NCBI GenBank assembly: GCA_043228905.1
Contig: JBHGNT010000002.1
Location: 9,238,001-9,302,000 of the forward strand
Direction of reading: 5' to 3'
Length of the DNA: 64,000 nucleotides
Source: Azolla caroliniana
Lineage: Eukaryota > Plantae > Polypodiophyta
The first letter of the stretch is position 1; each line of letters starts with the position of its first letter. This document shows positions 35,801-46,640 of the stretch, piece by piece. The position numbers were made by a program, and so were the translations under genes. The notes below the pieces were generated by a model. It saw only the letters and a program-made list of their open reading frames with translations. It did no database searches and had not been told where the DNA came from.

Positions 35801-36289
35801 ATTTTGGTTGTTCGCTAGGGTGTCGGAAGAGAAATCGTTCAGATTTTGGCTGACTTCTGGGGTTTCTGAGGGATAAACGAAGTTCTGCACAGAGGGGGAG
35901 ACACTCGTGTTTATGATCTCATCCTTTTCGTTGAACTGTATGGGTTCTGAGGGGACATATTCGTTGATTCCAGAAGAAGAAGAAGAGGATAAAGGATTGG
36001 GTAGTAAAGGCGAGAAGCTGATAATGTTTAGAGCTTCAAGCTCATCATTATCATGACCAAGATCAGAGAGTAAGCTTGTGATCAAAGCTTCATCATAGCC
36101 ATTGTCATCTTCGGAAATGAGAGAAAAGAAGAGTGAATCATCCAGGGCGAGGAAGGGGTCAAGATCGAACGGTGGAAGATCCAACTCAGGGTTTGCTGCA
36201 GAGTCTAGATACTGGCCAACATCGTCCACAACATGGAGATCTGTGTTTGAGGGCCGATCGCCCTGGCCCTCCTCTATGGATGGGTTCAT
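32820..36289 (-). CDS. bZIP60: Membrane-anchored UPR transcription factor, bZIP60 orthologue; complement(join(32820..33031,34386..34606,35592..36289)), 376 aa unspliced form
   Basis: Acidic N-terminus, basic N-x7-R motif (NRQLAFESR), leucine zipper, then EPAVLFQ|DSLPLEFLLFIICLCL, matching bZIP60 ESAVLLLESLLLGSLLW plus TM. IRE1 twin stem-loop is present. The exon-2 acceptor (AAG at 34607) is the least certain junction. Confidence 0.85.
33013..34408 (-). promoter_or_regulatory. IRE1 unconventional splice signal (twin CUG^CNG stem-loops, 23-nt intron) split by spliceosomal intron 33032-34385
   Basis: Mature mRNA reads AGAGC-CUG^CAGU-GCUUU ... GGAUUCC-CUG^CCGUU-GGAAUUC. The excised piece is 15 nt (34386-34400) + 8 nt (33024-33031) = 23 nt. 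Confidence 0.85.
33584..34036. repeat. 229-bp tandem duplication in bZIP60 intron 2, followed by degenerate shorter repeats
   Basis: GGAGAGATTCCC starts at 33584 and again at 33813, and the copies are nearly identical. Confidence 0.9.
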
Positions 36290-36476
36290 GACAAAGAAGA
36301 AGAAGAAGAAGAAGAAGATACGTACGGAAGGAAGGAAGGAAGAGAATATATGTATGTATGTATGTACAGTAGTACATGGCACAGGAGAACAGAGATAGAA
36401 GTAGGCGATGGTGATGATGATGATTCATGAAAGTAGAATTAGGGTTTGCAGCTAAAAGGCGTGCTCTGCAAGGCAA

Positions 36477-36826
36477 GGTCAAGGTCAAGGTCAAGGTCAA
36501 GCTGCCATGCTCATTTTTTTTATAGGGAAAAGTACCAGGATACCCCTGGAAGTTCCAAATTTACCAAACTACCCCTACGTCCAAAAAATTACACTTTAAT
36601 TTTTTGGACATAGGGGTAGTTTGGTAAATTTGGAACTTCCAGGGGCATTCTGGTAAATAGACGAAATTCCAGGGGCATCTTGGTACTTTTCCCTTTTTTA
36701 TATCTATGTATTCGAAGCAGCTCTTTTGGCCAATAAATTTGCCACTCTTACACACCGGACCCCTAACTTATCTACGTAGCCATCAAGGTCAAAGGTCAAA
36801 GGTCAAAGGTCAAAGGCCAAGGTCAA
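36477..36826 (-). promoter_or_regulatory. Two clusters of TTGACC (W-box) repeats upstream of bZIP60 (4 + 5 copies)
   Basis: GGTCAA on the + strand at 36477, 36483, 36489, 36495 and at 36787, 36794, 36801, 36808, 36821. Confidence 0.55.
36525..36693. mobile_element. Mutator-like foldback MITE (169 bp)
   Basis: Long TIRs GGGAAAAGTACCA..TGGTACTTTTCCC; the element is almost wholly palindromic and has a perfect 9-bp TSD TTTTTTATA (36516-36524 and 36694-36702). Confidence 0.9.
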
Positions 36827-39800
36827 GGTCGAGGCCAAAGGTCGCCATGTTCATTTTATATATCTATTCGAAGCAAGCTCTTTTGGCCCATAAAATTGTC
36901 ACCATTACAGACCGGACCCCTAACTGAGATACGTAGCTAGCAGTTGTGTGTTTGTGTGCCTAGCTACTACTAGTAGTAGTTAGTAGTATTTGGAGTTTTC
37001 GTGGAACTCAAAGTCCTTAGAGAGGATCACTATCCACTATGTTGCTAACTTTATTGTTGCTTGGGGATGGACTTCACCACTACTAAATAAGGTAGAGTCG
37101 AATTGTTCATGTGAAAATAGGTGGTCACAGAACGGTGTTCATCCTATATAAATCAGGAAGACGACTCTTTTGCTTTGGTGGTGGAGTCGCTAATAATATA
37201 TGAATCCATCCCAATAGGTGGCTACTGAATGTGTTCACGCTATATAAATCATCAAGACACCTCCTTTGCTTGGCGGTGGAGTCACTTGTTACATTCAGCT
37301 TTTTGTAACTAGTATATAAGTCTTTTGTCCTACACCACCCATAGAACTATTGGAAGGCTCCATTGTACTTGGAGCCCATCATCAGGCATGGGCACACAAT
37401 TTAATGAACACGAAAAACACATCAAGGATGAGTTTCAAGTATAGGGGTTTGCATGAAGTATCAACCCCAACCTAAAAAGGAACGATGTTCATCCAACATA
37501 GGAAAGTTTCTCCCATGATACAGAAGCTAATGTTGCTTACACCCCAATTTATATGCTCAATCATGACCATTGATTCATCTCAACCACATCAAGGTTTTCC
37601 ACAATGACTAGGAATATAATGTCTTAATTGCCAAGAACCCCATATGTTAACTTGACAATGTCCTACTAAACAAGACTAATATAATAAGAAAATTGATAAG
37701 AGAATATACAAACTAGTGGGTCATCCCAAACTAGCAACCCCACTCCATCTTTTGTCTAGAAAACACAAGACATATTCTTTGGGTTCAAGCATGGAGAAAC
37801 ATGCCAACAATGTTGTCATAGGGACAAACAATCTATGAATGTCTAGAGAAGAAAAAGAAGTAAATATGCAACTACTCTTCATTGTTTGATTTGAGATCGG
37901 GATTAATGTAATGAGTCATGCTCAAAGTATAGCTCAACAACCTTCAAGACTAGATCAAGGAATCAAAACAACTTTTGGACAAAAATGCAAACAACGTAAA
38001 TCTTACATTCATGATTCCACCTCGTTACCATAAGTACTTTCCAAGGCAGAGAGGTAACTCTCAAATCACAATGGGGGTGATAAGTTGCCTATTTGAACCC
38101 CAACCTAGAATTTAGTAGAGACCAAGGATATGCTAAACCTAGAGTTCAAGAATAGTACGAAATCATCTTGAGTTGGGTAAGCAACCTAGGAATAGACAAT
38201 ATGAGCAAGTGGAAAAACCCATGGGTACACACACTTGAAGACCTATTCACATATAAAAGACGTAATGTCGACTGACACGAACACCCCATAGAAAATCATG
38301 ATGAGGAGGCTAACACCCCATAGAAAATCATGATGAGCATTGAGGAGGTTAACGCCATGTTATTTTGACCACTACTCACTTTTAGAGTAGCCTACTTATC
38401 AAAGAAGTGAACTATCAAACAATGATCTTGGAAGTAATCACTCATGCTCTCAACCCATGGAGCTCAACCTCCATGATAACATGCACCTTAATCCGAAGAT
38501 GTGGTACATTTGTTACACTTGTGTGTTCCTCTAGTAGCTTTGATGTGAACCATTTTCCCTATACATGGGCACTTTTTACTCTAGTGCTGGCTAGAGGTTT
38601 TTTCCCCATGTTACCACATACATGAGTCACTCATATGTGGTGGTACTTAGTACTTAGGGATATATATTTCAGCTCCTATTATTTTTAGGAACATTCATCA
38701 ATAGAGAGCTATTCCAGCCATTGCCTTCCTTGTGTGAGTGCTTCTTTCTTTGAGCTTCTTGTGTGTTTCCCACTCTTCCTCACATACCCAACAGTGGTAT
38801 CAGAGCCAAGTTCCTCATCCTCTCCATCTTCGGTTGTCCGCATCGCGGTGTCACGGCGCGCGCGCACTTTTCATTGTGCAAATCAACTTCCGAATATAGA
38901 GAAGTGTACTTCAGCACTTGGAGCGCATTTTCAGCAGGTACCCTGCTGTTTTACCCCCATTTCGAAGCCGTTCGTGTAGTCGAAATCGTCATCCGAGTGA
39001 TAGTTTGTGAGCTGCATTTTCAGCACTCATTTCCGATTTGTTGAGGTAATATTTTACCACTTTCTTGTTCTTTGGTAAAATGGCAAACAATGGTGATTTG
39101 TTTGGCATGCTTCAAGCTGAAGATAAGCTTGATGGGACAAACTATCCAATGTGGTCCTACATGATGAAACACGTTCTTGTTGCCAAACAACTATGGAACA
39201 TAGTGGTAGATGTAGATCGACGCCCCGCCGGTCCTACTACTTCACAGTCTACTATCACAGATATAGGTTCATCTTCGAGCACAGTGACTTCATCTACTCC
39301 ACCAACACAAGAGCAACTTAGATGGGATGGAAAAGATGCTCAAGCTCATGCATTGATTGCACTTTCTGTGAAGCGTCATATAGTTCCACATATTCGGTCA
39401 TGCTCTACGTCCAAACAAGCATGGGACACTCTTGCTTCGTTGTATGCCGTGCGTAACGAAGCACATGTTGCATATTTGAGAAAGCAACTTGAGGATGTAT
39501 ATATGGCTGAAAATGAGTCGGTAGATGTGTATGTGACACGCATTAAAGATTTGAAAGAGCAATTGGCAAACATTGATGAGATCATTTCGAATACATCACT
39601 TGTCTCTACGTTGTTGAAAGGATTACCCGAATCTTTTCAAAGCTTTGCTACTACTATTCGTTTGGTTGCAAAAGGGAATACGGATATGTACGCATTTGAT
39701 GAGGTTGTGTCTCTTCTTTTGCAAGAAGAACAATCTAGAGTGAATAGAAGTGGTTTGATAGAGGGAACACAAGCACTTGCTATCTCACAAAAAGGAAAAG

Positions 39801-41278
39801 GCAAGCATGGTTCAGCTTTTGGTTCTTCAAAACCAAAGCCTCAACCTCCCTCTTTCACTTATTCCTCTAATGATGGTGATTTGCAAAAGAAGAAAAAATG
39901 CAAATATTGTCGAAAGGTTGGCCATACGATTGAAGAATGTAGAAAGCTTGTTAAGCGCAATGAGAAGAAGAAGGAATCCGGCATGACCATTTCTGAAAAT
40001 GTTTCAAGTGCAAAGAGTGATGAGGCCAACATGGCTCAAGATTATTGGGCATGTGTTGTTACATATCATTATGATGCATCATTGCACTCTAAATGTATGG
40101 TTGTAAGTGAGATTGATTCGGATTGGTTCTTTGATAGTGGTGCTTCAAAGCACATTACTTCATGCAAAAGTTTTTTTGCATCCTTGAAAGATGCACCCAA
40201 AGGTGGACATGTGGTGTGTGCAAACAATGCCTCTTATCCTATCATTGGAGTAGGAGAAATTGAGCTTTCGGCTGCAAATGGAGGTGTTGTCATCTTAAAG
40301 AATGTATTGTATGTGCCCGGTATCAAGAAGAACTTAATTTCGGTTCCTTTGATTGCCAAAGCCGGACTTCATGTACATTTTGTTGATGATAAGTGCATGG
40401 TTCACGATTATAGCAATGGTGATGTTATCGTGATGTCCGGTACATTATGCAATGGCTTGTACCGTTTAGATACATACAAGAGGGCTTCTCTAAATGCCTT
40501 GGCTGTACATACTTCTTCCATGGCTGAAATGGAGCTTTGGCATGCTCGTTTTGGTCACTTGAACTTCAATAGTTTGCTTCACTTGCAAAAGAAGGATATG
40601 GTTATTGGGTTGCCTACACTTGAGTCCATTGAAAAACATGCATGTGAAGGTTGCATTCTTGGAAAAATGCATCGTGCTTCTTTTCCAAAAGATAGTCATA
40701 CACACACTACAAGAAAATTACAACTTGTTCATAGTGATGTGTGTGGTCCTGTAAAGACTCCATCTTTTGGAAAGCATGTATATTTTGTTACCTTCATTGA
40801 TGATGCTACTCGTCATACATGGGTGTATCCTATGAAAGCAAAGAATGAAGTCTTTTCTTGCTTCAAATCATTTCTAGCTATGGCTGAAAATTTTTCCACA
40901 AATAAGCTCTTGACTCTACGCACGGATCGTGGTGGCGAATATATGTCACATGAGTTTAATGCTTTTCTTTGTGAAAGAGGTATTTTACATCAATGTACGG
41001 TGCCATATACACCTCAACAAAATGGTGTTGCAGAACGCAAAAATAGAACACTCTTAGAGATGGCACGATGTATGGTTAAAGGAAAGCATCTTCCTAACAA
41101 GTTTTGGATGGAAGCGGTTATGTGTGCAAATTATGTGTTGAATCGTTGTCGTAGTGTATTTCATACACTACGTGAAAAAGTAAAAATAATATAACCGATT
41201 TAATTACATATAAATAAATAAAATAATATATCAAGATATTTATCACGTGAATAGGGCAAGATTCAAACCCTATACCTC

Positions 41279-44200
41279 TGTTGTAGACGAGGAAGGTCGT
41301 CTGTGCAGAAGATCAAGAAGCATTTGATTCTGCTGAATACCTGCGTATGACAGTTTCTAGGTCGTTGCACAGAGATAGGGAGAGAGAGAGAGACACAAAA
41401 GACTTTCTATTCAATAGAAACAATAATACAACATCCGACCTTACAAAGAGGTTACAAGGTCACTATATATAGTGACCGACTTAGGGCAACTACCCTTTAT
41501 GCTAATTACATAAATGGCCAAAAACGAGATAGTGTGAATACGTCCATTATACACATGTATTCGACACTCCCCCGTAATGGGCGTATACATGGGTTATCTA
41601 AGATTACAGGTATAGACTTAGGTTCTCGGACATATCAGCTTTGTTCGAGTCGGCAGGGTCCGAAGGCAGAAGACCGAACTGGTCGGGTCGGAACAGTTGA
41701 AGCCGATCATTAAGGAACTGATGTCGGTTGTCAGGAACCATCCTGCTCTGTGTCCGGCTCTAACCGGACTGGTTTGTCGTTACGCCCATCTGATGCCGAA
41801 GAGACCGAAAACGGTCTGCCGAAACACACTTGGTCATTCCATCTGCGACATTGTCGGTTGTGGATATTTTCTCTAGACCGATTTTCCCTGAAATGACGCA
41901 GTCCCGAACGAAGTGATATCGAACGTCGATATGTTTGGAGGCGTTGTGGTGAACCGGATTTCTCGACAAGGCAACAGCACCTTGACTGTCGCTATAGACA
42001 ACTGGGGCCGAGTCATGGTCGACTTGCCGAAACGTGTGCGCCAGCCGACCAAGCCATAAGGCTTCTTTTGCTGCGTCGGACGCAGCTACATATTCTGCTT
42101 CGGTCGTTGAGGTCGTTGTGCACTCCTGAAGTTTCGACTTCCACGAAATTGCTCCATTGCCGAATTTGAAGCAGTATCCGGTTGTTGATTTCCGACTGTC
42201 TATACAGCTGGCGAAGTCCGAGTCGGTGTAACCGACTACGCCTGAGGTTCGGTTCGGACCGAAAAGAATGCCATGGTCTTTTGTGCCAGCCAGATATCTG
42301 AACACATGCTTGACTGCGTTCCAATGCGATCGGCCAGGATTGTGCATAAATCTGCTAACGACTCCTACGGCATGAGAAATATCAGGCCGTGTCGCGACCA
42401 TCAGGTACATAAGGGAGCCGACTGCCGGTGCATACGGTACCGACTTCATATCTTCCCCCTCCGAACCGGATGTCGGGCAGTCTCGCTGAGAGAGCCGAAG
42501 ATTCATGGGGAGCGGGGTTGAAGCAGATTTGGCTGATTGCATGTTGAAGCGTTCCAAGACACGTCCGATATAGTCGGTCTGAGACAAAAAAAGATGTCGT
42601 TTATCGCGATGCCGACTAATCTTCATGCCAAGGATGTGTCGTGCCGGACCGAGGTCCTTCATGGCAAACTTCAACCGCAGTTGCCGAATGAGATCGGCAA
42701 GTTCGCCCGCGTGGCGTCCAGAAATTAGCATGTCGTCCACGTAAATGATGAGGAAGATGGGTGATCCATCTTGAGCTATGTTGGTGAAAAGACAATGGTC
42801 CTCATCGCTTTTGGAGAAGCCGATCGATTGGATGAAGTCGTCGAACTTCTTGTACCATTGTCGTGGTGCCTGTTTGAGGCCGTATAGACTCTTCCTGAGT
42901 CGGCAGACTAGATGTTCTTGGCCAGGTGCCACGAAGCCTTTTGGCTGCTCCATATAAATTTCCTCCTCAAGATCACCATGGAGGAAGGCTGTTTTGACAT
43001 CTAGCTGAATCAGCTCCAAGTTGTCGGCTGCCACTACGCCGAGTAGAAAACGAAGGGTTGTCATTTTCACCACTGGTGAAAAAATCTCGTCGAAGTCGAC
43101 GCCATATTCTTGTCAGAAGCCCTTCGCAACTAATCTGGCCTTGTACTTTGGGGTGGTCGAATCAGACGTCTCTTTTAGTCGATAAACCCACTTGCAAGGA
43201 AGAGCACGTCGGTTCCTGGGTAATTCGACCAGATCCCAAGTCTTGTTTGCCCGAATGGAGTGCATTTCCGACTCCATCGCCAGATGCCAGGTGGCGGAAT
43301 CGACAGATGTCGATGCTTCTTCGTAAGACGTCGGTTCGTCGGCGTCGGTGAAGAAAATTCCAGGAGAATACCTCTCCGGAGGTTGCGACAGTCTCTCGGA
43401 TCGTCGAGGTATGATTGGACTGGTCGCATCGGGTATCGAGGTCGGATGGTCCGAAAGCGAGTCATTCGGCTGTGCCGAGTCGGAGTTGTCCGAGTCGGTA
43501 GTGTAAGGTTCAGCTACCCGTGAAGCTGACCGTGTGTTGAGAGCGGGGCCTTCTTGAAGGGTCGGCACATCGGAAAACGTTACCCTTCGGACTTCGATCG
43601 GTTTTTCGACTGATGGATTCATAGCCGACTCGTTGAACACAACGTCCGAACTTCGAACGATTTGCCTGCGTTCGGGGTCCCAGAGTCGGTATCCCATTTC
43701 GCCGTCGGATCCATATCCAAGGAAAATGCATTTCCTGGACCGAGGTGCAAGTTTTCGGCGATCATCTTTCGGAATAAGGGCGTACGCCTCGCATCCGAAG
43801 ATCCTCAGCTTGTCGTAATTCGGCTTACTGCCGATCCATAGTTCCTGAGGAATTTGAAGTCCTAGAGGTCTACTTGGCGACATATTGATTATGTGTACTG
43901 CCGTGAGTAGAGCCTCTGCCCAGAAGCCATCCGACAGTCGGGAGTGTTGGAGCATGGAAACTATCCGTTCTTGGATTGTCCGATTCATTCGTTCTGCAAT
44001 CCCGTTTTGCTCCGGACTGTGTGGTGCCGTAAATTCACGTCGGATGCCGCGTTGTCGGCAGAATTTGACGAATTCTTCAGATTTGAACTCTCCCCCATTA
44101 TCGGTCCGAAAGCATTTTAGTTTTCGGTCGGTTTGATTTTCTACCATAGCGAGCCAATCGGAGAAGATCGAGAAGACACGATCTTTGGTGCGAATTGGAT

Positions 44201-46640
44201 AAGCCCACACCTTTCGAGTCGAATCGTCAATAAAACTGACGAAGTAAGAGGCACCGCCAAGAGACTGATGTGGCATTGGGCCACAGACGTCCGAGTGGAC
44301 CAAATCGAGAGGTCTCGTTTCTCTTGGTGCTGATGTCGGGTGTGATGCGGCTGCTTGTTTGCCATACTGGCAATGCTCGCAGAATTGATGGTCCGAGAAG
44401 GAGAGTTTGGGGATGTATCCGGCTCTAGATAGGTGCGTGATGCCGGCCTTGCTGAGGTGTCCTAATCTTCGGTGCCATAGTGATGACACAGGAATATCCA
44501 CCAAAAACAGGTTACCCTCTCTGAGCATGTATCTTGGGTCCTCTAGCAAGCAGGAGGTTCCCCCTGTGGAGTGTCCACCCTCCCGAAGAGAAACCGGCAC
44601 GAATGCCGTCTTCATCTAGTTGTCCGACTGAGATCAATGGCCTTGAGAGCTCGGGTACATGTCGGACATTGTGGAGTACAAGTGTAGAGCCACCGGCGAG
44701 GTTGAGCTCTACTGTGCCGATTCCGATGATGTCACAGTGTTGCGAGTTGCCGACTCGAACTGAGTCGGAGTGACGGATCGTATATTGCCGAAATTGGGAT
44801 CGATGAGGAGTCACGTGAAATGACGCGCCCGAATCTAAGAGCCATGTGCTCGACTCTTCAGTCGTGAGTAGGACTTCTGATCCGACTGGATTTTCGATTG
44901 ATAGTATATTCGGGTCGTCTGGTAGCACATCAGCTGAGAAGCTGACGTAATTGATCTCCTCATGCCGGCCACTCTTCTTGTTGTTCTTGTTCTTGAGTGC
45001 GCGGCAGTCGGCTTTGATGTGTCCGGGTTTCTTGCAATAGTTGCAGATTCGGTTATCCCGTGACTGGCTCCGTCTTCGCTGATTGTTCGGCGGTCGTGAG
45101 GAATCTCTTCCTCGTATGTTCGATCGGTCTGTCGAACCTTGTACTACATAAGCGTCGTCTGTTGAGTCTTTGGCGAAAGACTTTCTCCGAGCTGCTTCGG
45201 TCAGGATTGCGCTCGTGACTTCGGAGTATTTAACAGCCGTGGTTGACGCGTTGCACACGGTTGTGACGAAAGTTTCCCATGATGAGGGAAGGCTGCTCAT
45301 GAGTATCATTGCTCTGAGTTCATCCTCGATTGCCGTCCCCTGTGACGAGATTTGGGAGCTTATGCTTTCGTACTCATTGAGGTGTGCTTGAACCGAGTCG
45401 GATTCTTTCATCCGCAAGTTGTAGAGGCGCCGGATCAGAAACATCTTCGTTGCGGCGACCTTCTTTTCGTAAGTGTCCGACAGTGTTTTCCACAGTTCGA
45501 ATGCTGTCGTACACGATTGCACCGTAAAATATACCGATTCCGATAGGTGCATCCGAATCGTGGCGCGGACGATTCTGTCCAGCTTCTGCCACTCAATTGG
45601 TTTGTATCCTTCTGGAGGTTCTTCATTTTCGATGGGATCGATTTGCCCCTTGACTATGAGATAGTCCTGCATTTGCTCCTTCCAGAAGTTAAAGTTCGAT
45701 CCATCGAACTTTCGTAGACTCATTTCTGACGAGCCGGATGTTGATGCCATCAAATTTGGTTTCGGTTGACGAAGCTCGGTTCGGAGTTGACTACGAATCT
45801 TGTTGGAGTGCAGCCGGTTGGCTCACCCGATATCGTTCTAGTCGGATTTGAACCCGAGTCGGTTCGGCTTCGGATATATGTATTGTTGAACTTGCTCGAA
45901 TTGACTCCGGTAACTTGAGGGACAGAACCGACTGGTCTTCCCGAATGTCGCCGAGTCGGAGTGATCCCGGTTCGCTTCGGATATATATGCCGAATACCGA
46001 TTATTGAAACCGATTATCTGGACCGATTCTACTTCGGTTGACTGCAGCGATGAGAGAGACGGATCCGACTGATCCTCCCGAATGTCGATCAGCCAGATGA
46101 AGCACGAATTTGGGTTGTTGTCAAAGTTGCACAAGGGGATTTCACCTCGAGCGGTTACGATCACAAGGGACAGAGTACAACCTGCTGGCTTACTCCAAGC
46201 AAGGGGATCTAACGCGATGAGGTGCAAACCTCGTTTTTGTTCTTCTTCTCTCTTTCTTCGAATGACGCGAATACTGTGCAGGCCGTGATGAAGTGAAGAA
46301 CCGAATGCTGTGCAGGCGGTGATGACGGCCGAACCTCTGCTCTGATACCAGATGTTGTAGACGAGGAAGGTCGTCTGTGCGGAAGATCAAGAAGCATTCG
46401 ATTCTGCTGAATACCTGCGTATGACAGTTTCTAGGTCGTTGCACAGAGATAGGGAGAGAGAGAGAGACACAAAAGACTTTCTATTCAATAGAAACAATAA
46501 TACAACATCCGACCTTACAAAGAGGTTACAAGGTCACTATATATAGTGACCGACTTAGGGCAACTACCCTTTATGCTAATTACATAAATGGCCAAAAACG
46601 AGATAGTGTGAATACGTCCATTATACACATGTATTCGACA
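41279..46640 (-). mobile_element. Full-length Ty1/copia element B (same family as copia A, younger)
   Basis: 288-bp LTRs at 41279-41566 and 46353-46640 (2 mismatches seen), TSD ACCTC, PBS at 46339-46350 (iMet) and PPT next to 41567. Confidence 0.96.
41760..45750 (-). pseudogene. gag-pol of copia B; one frameshifting deletion (about 44530) and one CGA>TGA stop (43113-43115)
   Basis: ORFs 44512..45753, 43113..44615 and 41760..43073; the lesions were located by comparison with copia A. Confidence 0.93.

Noticed and set aside
36990-38510. Probable old retroelement hosting copia C (continuing 49757-50250), with short tandem duplications at about 37120-37290 and 38280-38340
   Set aside because: Too degenerate to define ends or domains.
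43113-43115. In-frame TGA in copia B as programmed readthrough
   Set aside because: Copia A has CGA (Arg) at this position in the conserved KGFRQ motif, so it is a CpG deamination mutation.
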